A DNA stretch of 53,068 bases from a virus (lineage: Duplodnaviria > Caudoviricetes), in IMG/VR virus record IMGVR_UViG_3300037762_000317, positions 1-53,068 of that record. One strand, given 5' to 3'. Shown here piece by piece: positions 53,033-53,068 of this stretch. Every line of letters starts with the position of its first letter. Position 1 is the stretch's first letter. Under the pieces are notes generated by a model. It was not told where the DNA came from. It searched no databases and was given only the letters and a program-made list of their open reading frames with translations. The translations under genes and the position numbers were made by a program.

Positions 53033-53068
53033 CGCAACCCAGAAAAATCCGGCCGTGAAAAAATGAGG

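Overview
This window looks like an essentially complete temperate actinobacteriophage (siphovirus) genome of about 53 kb and high GC, read mostly on the minus strand. From the right end the order is: HNH, terminases, portal, protease, HK97-type capsid, a glycosyltransferase/FkbM fusion, head-tail and tail genes, a second fibre-like structural module and lysis (53.0 to 21.5 kb). A central plus-strand lysogeny block follows (repressor, tyrosine integrase, intact attP with a tRNA-Leu(GAG) 3' core), then a minus-strand early arm (Cro, excisionase, exonuclease, HNH, Gp3/RDF-like protein, DNA methylase, replication initiator). The standout feature is at 11.6-13.1 kb: a nuclease-less IS110/Nop-domain protein (TasA-like) whose own reading frame contains 16 guide-like units of the form CCA-N9-CGNNNNCCA-N9-CG, each closed by a covarying stem. 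I read this as a TIGR-Tas-type RNA-guided system with the array written into the coding sequence (10 units 5' of the Nop domain, 2 inside it, 4 at the 3' end). A second oddity is a 2.4 kb chain of small ORFs between the integrase and attP, punctuated by 8 copies of the integrase's own 3' end. All functional calls come from motif recognition by eye; no database search was run.
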